From the NCBI GenBank assembly GCA_963675495.1, contig OY776215.1, forward strand, positions 1,376,001 through 1,440,000: a stretch of DNA of 64,000 nucleotides. Reading direction: 5' to 3'. This DNA comes from an uncultured Methanolobus sp. (lineage in GTDB: Archaea; Halobacteriota; Methanosarcinia; Methanosarcinales; Methanosarcinaceae). Positions 27,612-38,257 of the stretch are shown here, one piece after another (position 1 is the first letter of the stretch; each line of letters starts with the position of its first letter). A program made the translations under genes and the position numbers. The notes beneath the pieces are model-generated. The model saw only the letters and a program-made list of their open reading frames with translations, was not told the DNA's origin and searched no databases.

Positions 27612-29120
27612 TCAGGCCCCCACAGATTCTATTTTGAGAACGTCAAGCAGACCCTGGTCAAGCATGTAACCACGCAGACGTTCACGGTTTCCACGAAGAC
27701 TCTCGATGCTGTTAAGACCTGCTGCACCCATGAGCTCACTTATTTCAAGTGTCCAGGCTTTGATAAGGTTTGCAACATGTTCTGCACCGACCTCAGGATC
27801 GATACGGTCAACTAATTCCTGTTTCTGGGTTGCAATACCCCATGGACAAAGACCGCGGTAACAGTTTCCACATACACGGCATCCTAATGCTATGAGTGAA
27901 GCTGTTCCGATATAAACTGCGTCAGCACCGAGTGCAATAGACTTTGTAATGTCAGCACTGTTGCGGATACCACCACTTGCTATCAGTGAAACTTCATTCC
28001 TGATGCCCTGATCGTTCAGTTTCTCATCTACTGCGGCAATTGCGGCCTCAATAGGAATACCAACATTGTCCCTGAACACCTTTGGTGCAGCACCGGTACC
28101 TCCTTTGAAACCATCAATTACAACGGCATCTGCATCTGATCTTGCCACACCTGCAGCGATTGCTGCTACATTATGTACGGCAGCGATCTTCACAAAGACA
28201 GGCTTCTCCCAGTTAGTAGCCTCTTTAAGACTGCGCACAAGCTGAGCAAGATCTTCTATACTGTAAATATCATGATGAGGAGCTGGACTGATCGCATCTG
28301 AACCCAGTGGGATCATACGGGTACAGGATACATCTGCACATACTTTCTCTCCAGGAAGGTGACCTCCAATACCAGGTTTTGCACCCTGGCCAACCTTGAT
28401 CTCAATGGCTGCACCACGTTCCAGATAATCAATGTCGACACCGAAACGTCCTGATGCGATCTGGACTATTGTGTGATCCTGATATGGATAAATCGCCTCG
28501 TGCATCCCTCCTTCACCGGTACCCATGAAAGTTCCGGTTTCTGCCACTGCCTTTGCAAGACTGAGCTGTGCATTCAGGCTGATGGCACCGTAACTCATGT
28601 GCCCTATCATTATAGGGGTGTCAAGTTTGAGATTTGGAGCAAGCTTTGTTGTGAGATCGATGTCACCATTGTTCTTTGTAAATTCAAGTTTTGCAGGCTT
28701 CTTTCCAATGTATGTCCTGAGCTCCATTGGTTCTCTCAGAGGATCTATACTTGGATTGGTGACCTGGCATGCATCCAGTACCAGCCTGTCAAATATAATA
28801 GGATAATCACGTGCATTGCCCATTCCGGCAAGGATAATCTTTCCGCTACGTGCCTGATTTATAACATCTTCACGTGCCTCTGCGGTCCATAGAGGGTGAC
28901 TGCGATAATCAACTGGTTTTTCCTGGAGATTAATGGCATCTCTGGGACACATGGAGATACAGCGATGGCATGCAGTACATTTGCGTGAATCTATGAGGAT
29001 CTTGTCATCTTCGATCCTGTAAACGCCATAAGAACAATTATCAACACAACGCATACATTTCATGCACTGGTCACGATCAATACTGATCTTGTACTTTAGG
29101 GGAACACTTCCAAGGCTCAT
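27612..29120 (-). CDS. gltB2: Glutamate synthase FMN-binding subunit with N-terminal 2x[4Fe-4S]
   Basis: MSYGAIS, TGEGG, EIKVGQGAKPGIGGHLPG, SPAPHHDIYSIEDL, CRVCGNCYRGLCPWG. Confidence 0.93.
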   Translation of the reverse strand: MSLGSVPLKYKISIDRDQCMKCMRCVDNCSYGVYRIEDDKILIDSRKCTACHRCISMCPRDAINLQEKPVDYRSHPLWTAEAREDVINQARSGKIILAGMGNARDYPIIFDRLVLDACQVTNPSIDPLREPMELRTYIGKKPAKLEFTKNNGDIDLTTKLAPNLKLDTPIMIGHMSYGAISLNAQLSLAKAVAETGTFMGTGEGGMHEAIYPYQDHTIVQIASGRFGVDIDYLERGAAIEIKVGQGAKPGIGGHLPGEKVCADVSCTRMIPLGSDAISPAPHHDIYSIEDLAQLVRSLKEATNWEKPVFVKIAAVHNVAAIAAGVARSDADAVVIDGFKGGTGAAPKVFRDNVGIPIEAAIAAVDEKLNDQGIRNEVSLIASGGIRNSADITKSIALGADAVYIGTASLIALGCRVCGNCYRGLCPWGIATQKQELVDRIDPEVGAEHVANLIKAWTLEISELMGAAGLNSIESLRGNRERLRGYMLDQGLLDVLKIESVGA

Positions 29121-30169
29121 ACTGTAACCCTCCCTATAACCGGTTCGCCTGCCCTTGGCATATATATTGATTCCACATCAGGATCCATCGTGCGTATGGC
29201 TGCCTCTTCGCTTGATATGTAGAGACGGGAACCATTCTCTCCTACAACTAGAGGACGCAGCTTTATCCTGTCTGTAAAGCCTACGATACCATCCTTTGTA
29301 GCAACAACTATTGCAAAAGGACCATTCATAAGTGCTGGTCCATATGTAAGGCGCAATGTGCGCAGGAATTCTTCCTGTTTTTCCGGCATATCATCGATCT
29401 CATCCCAGAATGGAGGAGCAAGTGCCGTAACAACAGTTTCGGATGGAAGCCCGTGTCTTCTTCCAAGAAGATCGAACAGATAAGCTACTACTTCTGTGTC
29501 AGTTAACATGGTACACTGGTACCCATTACTTTCCACATAACGACGGTTAGTGCCGTAAGAAGTTATCTCACCGTTATGGACAACTGACCAGTCAAGCAAA
29601 TTGAAAGGATGAGCTCCTCCCCACCATCCGGAAGTATTTGTTGGATAGCGGTTGTGTGCAAGCCAGATGTAACCCTTATAGTCTTCAATTCTGAAAAAGT
29701 TGGCTACATCCTCAGGCCATCCGGAAGCTTTGAATACTCCCAGGTTTTTGCCGGATGAAAATACCAGAGCACCTTCAACACCTGAATTGATGGTCATCAC
29801 AAGACGCTTGACATTATCATCGTCTGGGTCCGTTGTGCCCACCATAAGATCAGTATAAGGTTTGAAGAAATATCTCCAGGAGATATGTTCCTTTTTGAGA
29901 CCCGGTTGTTCATATGTTGGGATCTCTTCCTGGTGAACGATTCTGCCCCACTTTTGCAGTATCTTATCCACCATGGTTTTTGGTTCTAACAAATTATCAA
30001 AAAATACGTGGACAGCGTAGCAATCTGCATAATCAGGATATATGCCATAAGCTACATATCCTGCGCCTTCTCCACTTCCTCTTTCATCCATCAGACTCAG
30101 GGCTTCCTTTATGCTGGAGCCGTCCATTCTGGACATTGTCCGATCGATTACGCCTATAATTCCGCACAT
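29117..30169 (-). CDS. gltB1: Glutamate synthase glutamine amidotransferase (Ntn) subunit
   Basis: Met-Cys start MCGIIG, HNRYPTNT, AHPF, HNGEI. Confidence 0.9.
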   Translation of the reverse strand: MCGIIGVIDRTMSRMDGSSIKEALSLMDERGSGEGAGYVAYGIYPDYADCYAVHVFFDNLLEPKTMVDKILQKWGRIVHQEEIPTYEQPGLKKEHISWRYFFKPYTDLMVGTTDPDDDNVKRLVMTINSGVEGALVFSSGKNLGVFKASGWPEDVANFFRIEDYKGYIWLAHNRYPTNTSGWWGGAHPFNLLDWSVVHNGEITSYGTNRRYVESNGYQCTMLTDTEVVAYLFDLLGRRHGLPSETVVTALAPPFWDEIDDMPEKQEEFLRTLRLTYGPALMNGPFAIVVATKDGIVGFTDRIKLRPLVVGENGSRLYISSEEAAIRTMDPDVESIYMPRAGEPVIGRVTV

Positions 30170-30368
30170 GTTGATCACTATGAGTATTTAATCTTGGGAC
30201 TTTGTGTTAGTATTTACCTGATATGAATTTAACCATGCAAAAATCCATAGAGGATACAATAAAAAGTCCGGTGTTGCGTGAACAACTTCTATTCACGTTT
30301 TAACAGCAACAAAAAATGCTGCTGACTTAAGATATGTTATAAATTATGATTTGAAATTAAAGTGAAAG

Positions 30369-30386
30369 TAAGGGGAATTCCCCTTA
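30369..30386. terminator. Perfect 18-bp palindrome overlapping the glnA stop codon
   Basis: TAAGGGGAATTCCCCTTA. Confidence 0.45.
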
Positions 30387-31724
30387 CAGTATGCTAAGGT
30401 ATGTGTCAAGTTCCCACTGGTGGACCTGTGCCTTGTATTCATCCCACTGAGCATTCTTTGCTTCGAGATAGTTTTCGAATACGTGGTCACCAAGAACTTC
30501 CTTTACAAATGAACTTCCAGCCATAAGGTCAATAGCTTCCTTCAAGTCGCCTGGCAGAGATGCAATGCCTTGTGCTGCCCTGTCCTCTTCGGTAAGCTTG
30601 AATATGTTGACATTTGTTGGTGCTGGTGCTTCCATTTCCTTCTCGATTCCGTCGAGACCTGCGCCAAGCATTGCTGCAAATGCAAGGTATGGGTTACATG
30701 CAGGGTCAGGACATCTGAGTTCTACCCTTGTACCAATGCCTCTTGACGCTGGAATCCTGATAAGGGAACTGCGGTTTGATGCAGACCATGTGCAGTAGAT
30801 AGGTGCCTCATATCCAGGTACGAGTCTCTTGTATGAGTTTACAGTTGAGTTTGTGATTGCTGCGAACTCACGGACGTGTGCAAGGAGACCTGCGATGTAC
30901 TGCTTTGCAGTTATTGAAAGCTGGTCAGGAGTGTCTGCATCGTAGAATGCGTTCTTTCCGTCTGTCATGAGTGACTGGTTGGAGTGCATACCGGAACCAT
31001 TTACACCGAAGAGTGGTTTTGGCATGAATGTTGCATAATAACCCATGTGTGCTGCAATGGATTTTACAACATACTTGAATGTCACAATATTGTCACATGT
31101 GTTCAGTACATCACCGAATCTGAAGTTAATTTCGTGCTGTGATGGAGCGACTTCGTGATGTGATGCCTCAATTTTGAAGCCCATGTCTTCAAGAGCAAAG
31201 TCAATAGCTCTTCTTACATCCTGTGCCTTATCAAGAGGAGCGAAATCAAAGTATCCTCCCTTGTCTGTGAGGTTTGTTGTTGGATGACCTTTCTCATCAA
31301 GTTCGAAAAGGAAGAACTCAAGTTCAGGACCTGTGTTCATTGTGAAGCCCATTTTCTCTGCTTTTGCAACTGCCTGCTTCAGAACATATCTTGGATCACC
31401 CTCGAAAGGTTTTCCGTTTGGTCTGTATACATCGCCAATTATACGAGCAACTGCACCTTCCTTTGGTCTCCATGGGAGTATTCTGAAGGTAGTTGGATCT
31501 GGCATAAGAATCATATCGGACTCTTCGATCCTTGTGAATCCTTCGATTGATGAACCATCGAACATTACACCGTTCTCAAATGCACCTTCGAGATCTTCTG
31601 AAGGTATTGCCCAGCTTTTGATCATACCGAGGGTATCGGTGAATTGGGTTCTTATGAATTTAACATCGTTCTCGGTTACAGCCTGTAACACGTCTTCCTT
31701 CGTTACTAGATTTCCATTTACCAT
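30384..31724 (-). CDS. glnA: Glutamine synthetase type I (GlnA1-like)
   Basis: KFIRTQFTDTLG..KSWAIP N-terminus as in Methanosarcina GlnA1; all GS motifs; upstream of the glt genes. Confidence 0.95.
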   Translation of the reverse strand: MVNGNLVTKEDVLQAVTENDVKFIRTQFTDTLGMIKSWAIPSEDLEGAFENGVMFDGSSIEGFTRIEESDMILMPDPTTFRILPWRPKEGAVARIIGDVYRPNGKPFEGDPRYVLKQAVAKAEKMGFTMNTGPELEFFLFELDEKGHPTTNLTDKGGYFDFAPLDKAQDVRRAIDFALEDMGFKIEASHHEVAPSQHEINFRFGDVLNTCDNIVTFKYVVKSIAAHMGYYATFMPKPLFGVNGSGMHSNQSLMTDGKNAFYDADTPDQLSITAKQYIAGLLAHVREFAAITNSTVNSYKRLVPGYEAPIYCTWSASNRSSLIRIPASRGIGTRVELRCPDPACNPYLAFAAMLGAGLDGIEKEMEAPAPTNVNIFKLTEEDRAAQGIASLPGDLKEAIDLMAGSSFVKEVLGDHVFENYLEAKNAQWDEYKAQVHQWELDTYLSIL

Positions 31725-31758
31725 TTTGACTACTCCTCTCTATTCACTAAGGGGTGTA

Positions 31759-31772
31759 AGTAACCCATTACC
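31759..31772 (-). promoter_or_regulatory. Possible NrpR-type nitrogen operator just downstream of the glnA TATA box
   Basis: GGTA-ATGGGT-TACT, one mismatch from GGTA-N6-TACC; TATATATA at 31783-31790. Confidence 0.45.
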
Positions 31773-32091
31773 TATCCCCTGCTATATATAACTTTGTATA
31801 TTTGAGAGAATAAAACTGACTACTTGCTAAATAAAAACAAAACATGACAATAATTAAAACTTGCCACTAAAATGATACAAAACAACGAAAAACAGGATTC
31901 TGAAAAATAGATTCATATTTTTTGGATTTTTTATAAAATTGATGATACATAAGAATGTTATTCTCTACAAAAACTTAAAACAAAGGAAAAAGGATGTCTA
32001 TGCCTAAGGTTGCCGCAACCTTACAAGAGATACTTGCGGAAGGTTTATCATTCTTGCAAAAATACTGATTTTAAGATAAGCGAGATTAGAC

Positions 32092-32619
32092 ATGACAGGC
32101 GAAAAGGTGATTAAAACAGGAATTTTGGACGAACTGAAAAATGCGTCCATTGATGCATCCAAGTGCATGCAATGCGGTGTCTGCAGTGCCAGCTGCCCCT
32201 CCGGAAGACATACATCCCTGAATATAAGAAAACTTGTGAAAATAGCAAGCAAGACAACTGATATCCTCAGCAGTGAAGAACTCTGGATGTGCACCACATG
32301 TTACAATTGTCAGGAAAGATGCCCTCGGAATATAGATATTGTAGATATATTACTAGACATCAGAGCTATTTCCGTACATCAGGGATTCATACATCCCGAG
32401 CACAGAGTGGTCTGCGAAATGTTGCTCGAATACGGACATGCAGTACCCATTAATGAAAAGAACAGGAAAAAGAGAGTGAATCTCGGACTGGAAGAACTTC
32501 CCGAGACCGTGCACAAGTATGAAAATGGACTTGAAGAAGTGAAGACCCTGCTTGCATCCTGTGGTTTTGGAAAACTTATAGAACATACTGAAAGTGGAGC
32601 AACGGAAGATAAAACATGA
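32092..32619 (+). CDS. hdrC: CoB-CoM heterodisulfide reductase subunit C
   Basis: CMQCGVCSASCPSG and WMCTTCYNCQERCPR. Confidence 0.93.
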   Translation: MTGEKVIKTGILDELKNASIDASKCMQCGVCSASCPSGRHTSLNIRKLVKIASKTTDILSSEELWMCTTCYNCQERCPRNIDIVDILLDIRAISVHQGFIHPEHRVVCEMLLEYGHAVPINEKNRKKRVNLGLEELPETVHKYENGLEEVKTLLASCGFGKLIEHTESGATEDKT

Positions 32620-33512
32620 AAGGATTATCACTCTTTTTAGGATGTCTTGTACCCAATCGCTACCCAGGAATCGAACTGGCAACAAAACTATGTCTTGCAA
32701 AGCTTGACATTGACTGTACAGATCTGCCCGGTGCCTCCTGCTGTCCGGCTCCCGGAGTGTTCCGATCATTTGACAGGACAACATGGCTGACGCTTGCAAG
32801 CCGCAATATAGTACTGTCAGAACAAATGGAAAGAGACATGCTTACCATCTGCAACGGATGCTTCAGTACCCTTGCAGACGCAAATCACAGTATAAAAGAA
32901 GATGCTTCTGCAATAAAAGAAGTGAACGAACATCTGGAGAAGATCGGAAAGGAAGTAAAAGGCAACATTGACGTCCGGCACATTATAGAATTCCTGTATG
33001 AAGAATACGGACCTGAAAAGATTGCTTCTTATGTTGAAAGACAACTGGACATCAGGGTCGCAGTACATTATGGATGCCACCTCATCAAACCCACAAAGGA
33101 CAGAGGACTGGGTAATTTTGAAAGACCAACATTCTTTGACGAGCTGGTAACTGCACTTGGTGCAACAAGTGTCGAATACCCGGACAAGATGGCATGCTGC
33201 GGAGCTGGAGGAGGAGTGCGTTCCTCAATGAAGGACAGTTCAGTGAAAATGACAGAAGCAAAACTTTCCAGAATAAAAGAAGCAGAAGTGGATTGCATAG
33301 TAAACTCGTGTCCTTTCTGCCATATGCAACTTGATGAAGGACAATCTGATATCAAAGAGCAAATGGAAATAGAGTACGAGATCCCTGTGCTGCACTACAC
33401 GCAACTACTCGGACTTGCGTTGGGATTCCCTGCGGAAATGCTTGGAATTGATACAAATATCGAGAAGAACAAGAAATTTATGGATTTACTGGACGCAGGA
33501 ATGGAACCTTAA
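32616..33512 (+). CDS. hdrB: CoB-CoM heterodisulfide reductase subunit B
   Basis: LGCLVPNRYPGIE, SCCPAPG, HYGCH, CCGAGGG, CPFCHMQLD. Confidence 0.95.
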   Translation: MKGLSLFLGCLVPNRYPGIELATKLCLAKLDIDCTDLPGASCCPAPGVFRSFDRTTWLTLASRNIVLSEQMERDMLTICNGCFSTLADANHSIKEDASAIKEVNEHLEKIGKEVKGNIDVRHIIEFLYEEYGPEKIASYVERQLDIRVAVHYGCHLIKPTKDRGLGNFERPTFFDELVTALGATSVEYPDKMACCGAGGGVRSSMKDSSVKMTEAKLSRIKEAEVDCIVNSCPFCHMQLDEGQSDIKEQMEIEYEIPVLHYTQLLGLALGFPAEMLGIDTNIEKNKKFMDLLDAGMEP

Positions 33513-33608
33513 AAGCATTCTTCACATTTTGTGGAAATATATATACCGGAAATGTATTTCACCAATAACTTTAAGATATTGGATGTTATTACGTGAGTAG
33601 CACAACAT

Positions 33609-33683
33609 GAGCGTGTGGCCTAGTCAGGATATGGCGGCAGCCTCCTAAGCTGCAAGCCGGGGGTTCAAATCCCTTCACGCTCG
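33609..33683 (+). tRNA. tRNA-Arg(CCT)
   Basis: GAGCGTG/CACGCTC acceptor stem, GCAGC-CT CCT AA-GCTGC anticodon arm, GGTTCAAAT T-loop. Confidence 0.95.
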
Positions 33684-33719
33684 TTATTTCTCTTTTTAAC
33701 AATTAACGGAGATTGACAA

Positions 33720-34172
33720 TTGATAATAAGAAAGGCTACTGTCAATGATATACCAGGCATCAAGAGCATCATCGATATTTATGCCAAGCAGGAAATGATG
33801 CTTCCCCGTTCATTGAGTGAACTGTATGAATTCACACGTAGTTTCTGCGTTTGCGAAATAGATAACGAAATAATAGGTTGTTGCGCCCTTCAGGTAAGCT
33901 GGGAAGACATGGCAGAAATAATGTCCTTTGCAGTCAGATCAGAATACAGAGATCAGGGAATTGGTACAAAACTGGTTACTGCCAGCCTTGAAGAAACGAA
34001 AGAACTTGGCATCAACAGTGTATTTACGCTGACCTATGCGGTTCCTTTTTTTGAAAAACAAGGATTTAAGAAGATAGACAAGCAACAGCTTCCACACAAA
34101 ATATGGAGCGGATGTATAAAGTGTCCAAAATTCCCTAATTGTGATGAAATCGCAATGCTTAAAAAAGTCTGA
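33720..34172 (+). CDS. N-acetyltransferase, short ArgA-like (N-acetylglutamate synthase family)
   Basis: MLPRSLSELYE, FTLTY, LPHKIWSGCIKCPKFPNCDEIAM; TTG start. Confidence 0.8.
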   Translation: MIIRKATVNDIPGIKSIIDIYAKQEMMLPRSLSELYEFTRSFCVCEIDNEIIGCCALQVSWEDMAEIMSFAVRSEYRDQGIGTKLVTASLEETKELGINSVFTLTYAVPFFEKQGFKKIDKQQLPHKIWSGCIKCPKFPNCDEIAMLKKV

Positions 34173-34192
34173 GCACCTGCGCAAAATAATAG

Positions 34193-34630
34193 TTACAGGG
34201 GCTTTTCAAAATACACAACCCCATTCTCTTCTTTTGCTACAATAAAACCGTGTCTTAGATAGATAGATATCGCCCTCTCAAGCGAAGAATCTGTTTTCAA
34301 TTTTACAACTGAATAATTCTGTTTTGCAAAATTCATTGCAGCCATGAATAAAGCCAGACCAAGGCCTTTTCCACGGCATTCCTTCTTTACGTAGAACCTT
34401 TTTATTTCACATGTACCAGAACCCATGTCCCTGACAGCAGATGTTCCGACTACCTCACCATTATGCAAGGATATGAAAAAAGCACCGTTTTTTCGGATGT
34501 AATTGCCTTCAATGTCATCCAGATCAATATCTTTTAGTACATCATATTCAAACCCTTCTTCAGAGAGGACACCAAGAACAAATGCTTTTGTTTTTGAAGA
34601 AAGCTCCGGTGAGAATGATATTATAGTCAT
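34193..34630 (-). CDS. GNAT N-acetyltransferase
   Basis: EIKRFYVKKECRGKGLG, AISIYLRHGF. Confidence 0.85.
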   Translation of the reverse strand: MTIISFSPELSSKTKAFVLGVLSEEGFEYDVLKDIDLDDIEGNYIRKNGAFFISLHNGEVVGTSAVRDMGSGTCEIKRFYVKKECRGKGLGLALFMAAMNFAKQNYSVVKLKTDSSLERAISIYLRHGFIVAKEENGVVYFEKPL

Positions 34631-35817
34631 TCCAGATATGCTCCGGAATTTTTCAAGAAATCGAGTGCTATAGAAGATAGCAACTCAACACCGGTGATCA
34701 ATACATCCTCATCTATGTCAAAACTGGCTGAATGATTCCCCTCCATCATTCCTTTTTCCAGATTTCTTGTACCTATGATAGCATACATACCCGGGACTTT
34801 CTGCAGATAGCAGGCAAAATCCTCTGCACCAAATATCGCTTCCGCATGAGTGTTCACATTGTTGAATTTGTTTTTCAACAATTTGGAAGCAGTATCTGTG
34901 AAAACAGGATCATTGAAAAGAACCGGATATCCATGCAGAACATTAAGTTCATAGGAAGGAACTCCTCCAATATCCTCCATTGAATAGGAAGCCATAAGGC
35001 AGTCAAGGATATGAGACATGGTTTGTTCTATGACCTCAGTATCATGGTCATCAAAGGTCCTGAAACTGCCCACAAGTTCAAGCTCATCAGGTGACCTGTT
35101 GAACTGCTCCCCACCACTGATAGTGCCAAAACCAAGCACATATTCAGAAGAAGGCACCTTTTGGGATATATGAGGATTCAATGAGGATACGAATTCTGAA
35201 GCGACCTGTATTGGATCAATACAAAGATCAGGTGTTGAATGGTGACCACCTTTTCCGAATATATTCACAGTGAAACGGTTGGAACTCGCCATGAAAGAAC
35301 CCGCGCGTATGTTAATGTCGCCGACATCAACATCTCCGAATATATGAAGTCCAATAATAGCATCCACACCTTCAAGACCACCTTCTTCTATGACCCTCAC
35401 CGCACCACCAGGAGGGACTTCTTCAGCAGGCTGGAAGACGAACCTGACAATACCGGAAATGTCCTTACTGTTCTCTTTAATGAGCCTGGCAACACCAAGG
35501 ACAATGGCCATATGCCCATCATGACCACACGCATGCATTACCCCAGGATTCTGTGATATATAGTCCCCATTGAACTTCGTCAGGACCTCATGTGCTGCAA
35601 GTGCATCAATGTCTGAACGAATAGCTATGCAAGGACCTGGAGCCCTGCCCCTTACTTCCGCAAGCACACCTGTGTCAGCGATCTTCCTGCAATCGATCCC
35701 AAGTCCTTCCAGAATTGACATTATCCTGGCCTGTGTTTCATATTCATGAAAACTGAGTTCCGGATTTCTGTGGAACTCCCGGCGGATATGCCGCACCCAT
35801 TCTTCAAAGGATTCCAA
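34627..35817 (-). CDS. M20D-family amidohydrolase
   Basis: RREFHRNPELS, MHACGHDGH, FQPAEE, GKGGH, AEDF. Confidence 0.92.
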   Translation of the reverse strand: MESFEEWVRHIRREFHRNPELSFHEYETQARIMSILEGLGIDCRKIADTGVLAEVRGRAPGPCIAIRSDIDALAAHEVLTKFNGDYISQNPGVMHACGHDGHMAIVLGVARLIKENSKDISGIVRFVFQPAEEVPPGGAVRVIEEGGLEGVDAIIGLHIFGDVDVGDINIRAGSFMASSNRFTVNIFGKGGHHSTPDLCIDPIQVASEFVSSLNPHISQKVPSSEYVLGFGTISGGEQFNRSPDELELVGSFRTFDDHDTEVIEQTMSHILDCLMASYSMEDIGGVPSYELNVLHGYPVLFNDPVFTDTASKLLKNKFNNVNTHAEAIFGAEDFACYLQKVPGMYAIIGTRNLEKGMMEGNHSASFDIDEDVLITGVELLSSIALDFLKNSGAYLE

Positions 35818-35955
35818 ATTATTTCACCTTGCAGAAACTATTAAAACAAATATTTGATACCTGAATTATGTCAGCACTATTTTTATGTTAAAAGGCATTT
35901 TACCTGTACAAATAACTGCCGGAAAACTACCGGAAAATTACCAGGAAGACTAAAG

Positions 35956-36897
35956 ATGATAAAAACAAGACTCAGGGATTTCCTTGTTACAAAAGATGAT
36001 TGGATATTTGCAGTTTCTGATTATTTTCACCCACATGGAGTCAGGTCAACAATGAGATACGTGCCTGATGAGAACGGTGAGCGCGAGCTCAACGGTAAAC
36101 GCTACAAAAAGTATGATTTCGACGTAGCTTTTGATTTCATGCGTCAGAACCGTCCTGAATGGGTAGAGGATGTTCATGTAGTACCTGAAGAACAGATCAA
36201 AAAGGTGCTACCCCCAAACAGCGTCATCGAAAAACTGTATGATTCTGACAAAAGAGTTGCCGTGGTTGTGGACACCCTTGAAGAAGCAGGCATTAGCAGA
36301 GATATGATGGGAGTTACCGGTTCACTTTTGCCAGGACTTCAGAATGAAGGCTCAGATATAGATTTTGTAGTATACGGTGCACAGTGGTTCATTGCAAGGG
36401 ACGCAATAGCAAAAGCGAAGTCAGAAAGTGGGCCTATTGAAGATATTGACGAGACAATGTGGAAGAAGATATACAACAAACGCATCCCTGAGATATCATT
36501 TGAGGAATTCATCGCCCATGAGAAAAGAAAGGGCAACCGTGGAATGGTTGACGGTACATATTTCGACCTTCTTTTTGTCCGTGACTGGGAACAGATAAAA
36601 GAGCCGACACAAAGAGGAGAAGATATCGGTACCATGAAAATAGAAGCAAAGGTCACAAATGCAGACCTTGCCTTTGACAGCCCCTCAGTCTACAAGGTAG
36701 AGCATGATGAGGTAGACCATGTGCTTTCGTATACGCACACCTATGCAGGACAGGCTCTTGAAGGAGAGATCATTGAAGCACAGGGTGTTGTAGAGCAGGT
36801 CGGCGACATTAAAAGACTGGTTGTAGGAACTTCCAGAGAACCAAAAGGTGAATGGATACGCTCACTCACATTACTTAAAAAAGAAGGTCTTATTTAA
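35956..36897 (+). CDS. Pol-beta-like nucleotidyltransferase (COG1665)
   Basis: GVTGSLL...SDIDFVVYG; FDLLFVR. Confidence 0.8.
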   Translation: MIKTRLRDFLVTKDDWIFAVSDYFHPHGVRSTMRYVPDENGERELNGKRYKKYDFDVAFDFMRQNRPEWVEDVHVVPEEQIKKVLPPNSVIEKLYDSDKRVAVVVDTLEEAGISRDMMGVTGSLLPGLQNEGSDIDFVVYGAQWFIARDAIAKAKSESGPIEDIDETMWKKIYNKRIPEISFEEFIAHEKRKGNRGMVDGTYFDLLFVRDWEQIKEPTQRGEDIGTMKIEAKVTNADLAFDSPSVYKVEHDEVDHVLSYTHTYAGQALEGEIIEAQGVVEQVGDIKRLVVGTSREPKGEWIRSLTLLKKEGLI

Positions 36898-36925
36898 CAT
36901 TTTTTAAAAATAGACATCTGGCGGA

Positions 36926-37243
36926 TTAACCTCCGCCAGTCACCTGTTCAATGTCAGCAGTAACGTCATCTACACTAGAATAATTGTCCAGATAAGATTT
37001 AGCATCTTTAACAGAAACACGTTCTATTTTTTCTTTTATAATCTCGCTTGCATCTGCAAGAACAAGTGTTTCCGGCTTATAGTAAAGACCTGTTGTATCC
37101 ATCAATACCCAGATACCGTCCTCATCTTCCTTAATATCCAGAACCCTGCCTACAGTACCAGTGTTTATGTACCTTACCACAGAGTCAATTACAATTGGAT
37201 TTCCATCAATGTCCAAAACTTCGATATTTTCAGATTCAGTCAT
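36926..37243 (-). CDS. DUF2098-family methanogen protein
   Basis: VRYINTGTVGRV, TGLYY, C-terminal GGG. Confidence 0.7.
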   Translation of the reverse strand: MTESENIEVLDIDGNPIVIDSVVRYINTGTVGRVLDIKEDEDGIWVLMDTTGLYYKPETLVLADASEIIKEKIERVSVKDAKSYLDNYSSVDDVTADIEQVTGGG

Positions 37244-37300
37244 AACGCAACTCCTGTAATTTACTTAGTGTATATGTATTGACACGGGTAGTTTAAAAAT

Positions 37301-38257
37301 TTAAGCATCCTGAGCTATCTCAAGACGCAGGTCACCAATCTTTGCAACCCTTTCGGCAAAAGCATTGTGTCTGTGTATGCTTTCTTCATTGATCTGCTTG
37401 ATAGTTACAATTGCCTCATTAGGCAAATGTTCAAAGGCCTTGACAACATTCTTTGCCATAGTCCTTACGCAGTCTTCCACAAATTTAGGATTATTATGAG
37501 CTGTCTGCACAACCATTGCTTCGTCAGAGCGCTTCAGAAGTTCGAATACGCTGGAGCTCATAGAACCTTCGATGATCTCAATGATATTTTCAAGCGACAC
37601 ATAAACATCGCCTTCTACTTCTATAGAGATTATACCACGACCACGCTGGTTGTGAGTGGCCATTGGAACCCTGTGGAGGAATTCTGCGATATGCTGCCCA
37701 TCCACACCAATATTCTCCAGTTCCTTCCTGGCATTATCTCTCATGATCTCCTGAGCACATGGGCATGCGGTCATTCCAACAACCTCTGCACCAATGAGCT
37801 TCTTGACTGCCATCTGAGTGACATCATCACGCATGGCAAGTGCTTCAGCAAATATCTCTACAACTTCCTGGCATTCCATTTTGGTAGCAGGAGACTCTCT
37901 CTTAACCACGTACTCACTCTTCAGAAGAACTTCAGCACGAGTAGCATATTCATGTCGGGTCAGGAGACTTTGGGCAACATCACTGCACAGCTGCTCGATC
38001 TCATAAACAGGCATGTTGACTGCTTTTTCGAGTACTTCGTCAACTGCCTCGAAATTACGAGAAAGGTTGGCACCCTTCAAGTGAGAAGGAAGATCTACGA
38101 AGATATCAAAAGTACATATCAGGATAATAGGACGCTTGTCGCTTCTCTTGATCTGAACTAGTTTTTTAACATTAGTAACACCGACACGAGTCAGGTTAAT
38201 AGGTATCTGCGGCTTATCAGCCTGTATATCTGGGAGTTTTACAACCGGGAGTTCCAT
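37301..38257 (-). CDS. mptA: GTP cyclohydrolase MptA (methanopterin biosynthesis)
   Basis: [38 protein letters not shown]. Confidence 0.92.
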   Translation of the reverse strand: MELPVVKLPDIQADKPQIPINLTRVGVTNVKKLVQIKRSDKRPIILICTFDIFVDLPSHLKGANLSRNFEAVDEVLEKAVNMPVYEIEQLCSDVAQSLLTRHEYATRAEVLLKSEYVVKRESPATKMECQEVVEIFAEALAMRDDVTQMAVKKLIGAEVVGMTACPCAQEIMRDNARKELENIGVDGQHIAEFLHRVPMATHNQRGRGIISIEVEGDVYVSLENIIEIIEGSMSSSVFELLKRSDEAMVVQTAHNNPKFVEDCVRTMAKNVVKAFEHLPNEAIVTIKQINEESIHRHNAFAERVAKIGDLRLEIAQDA

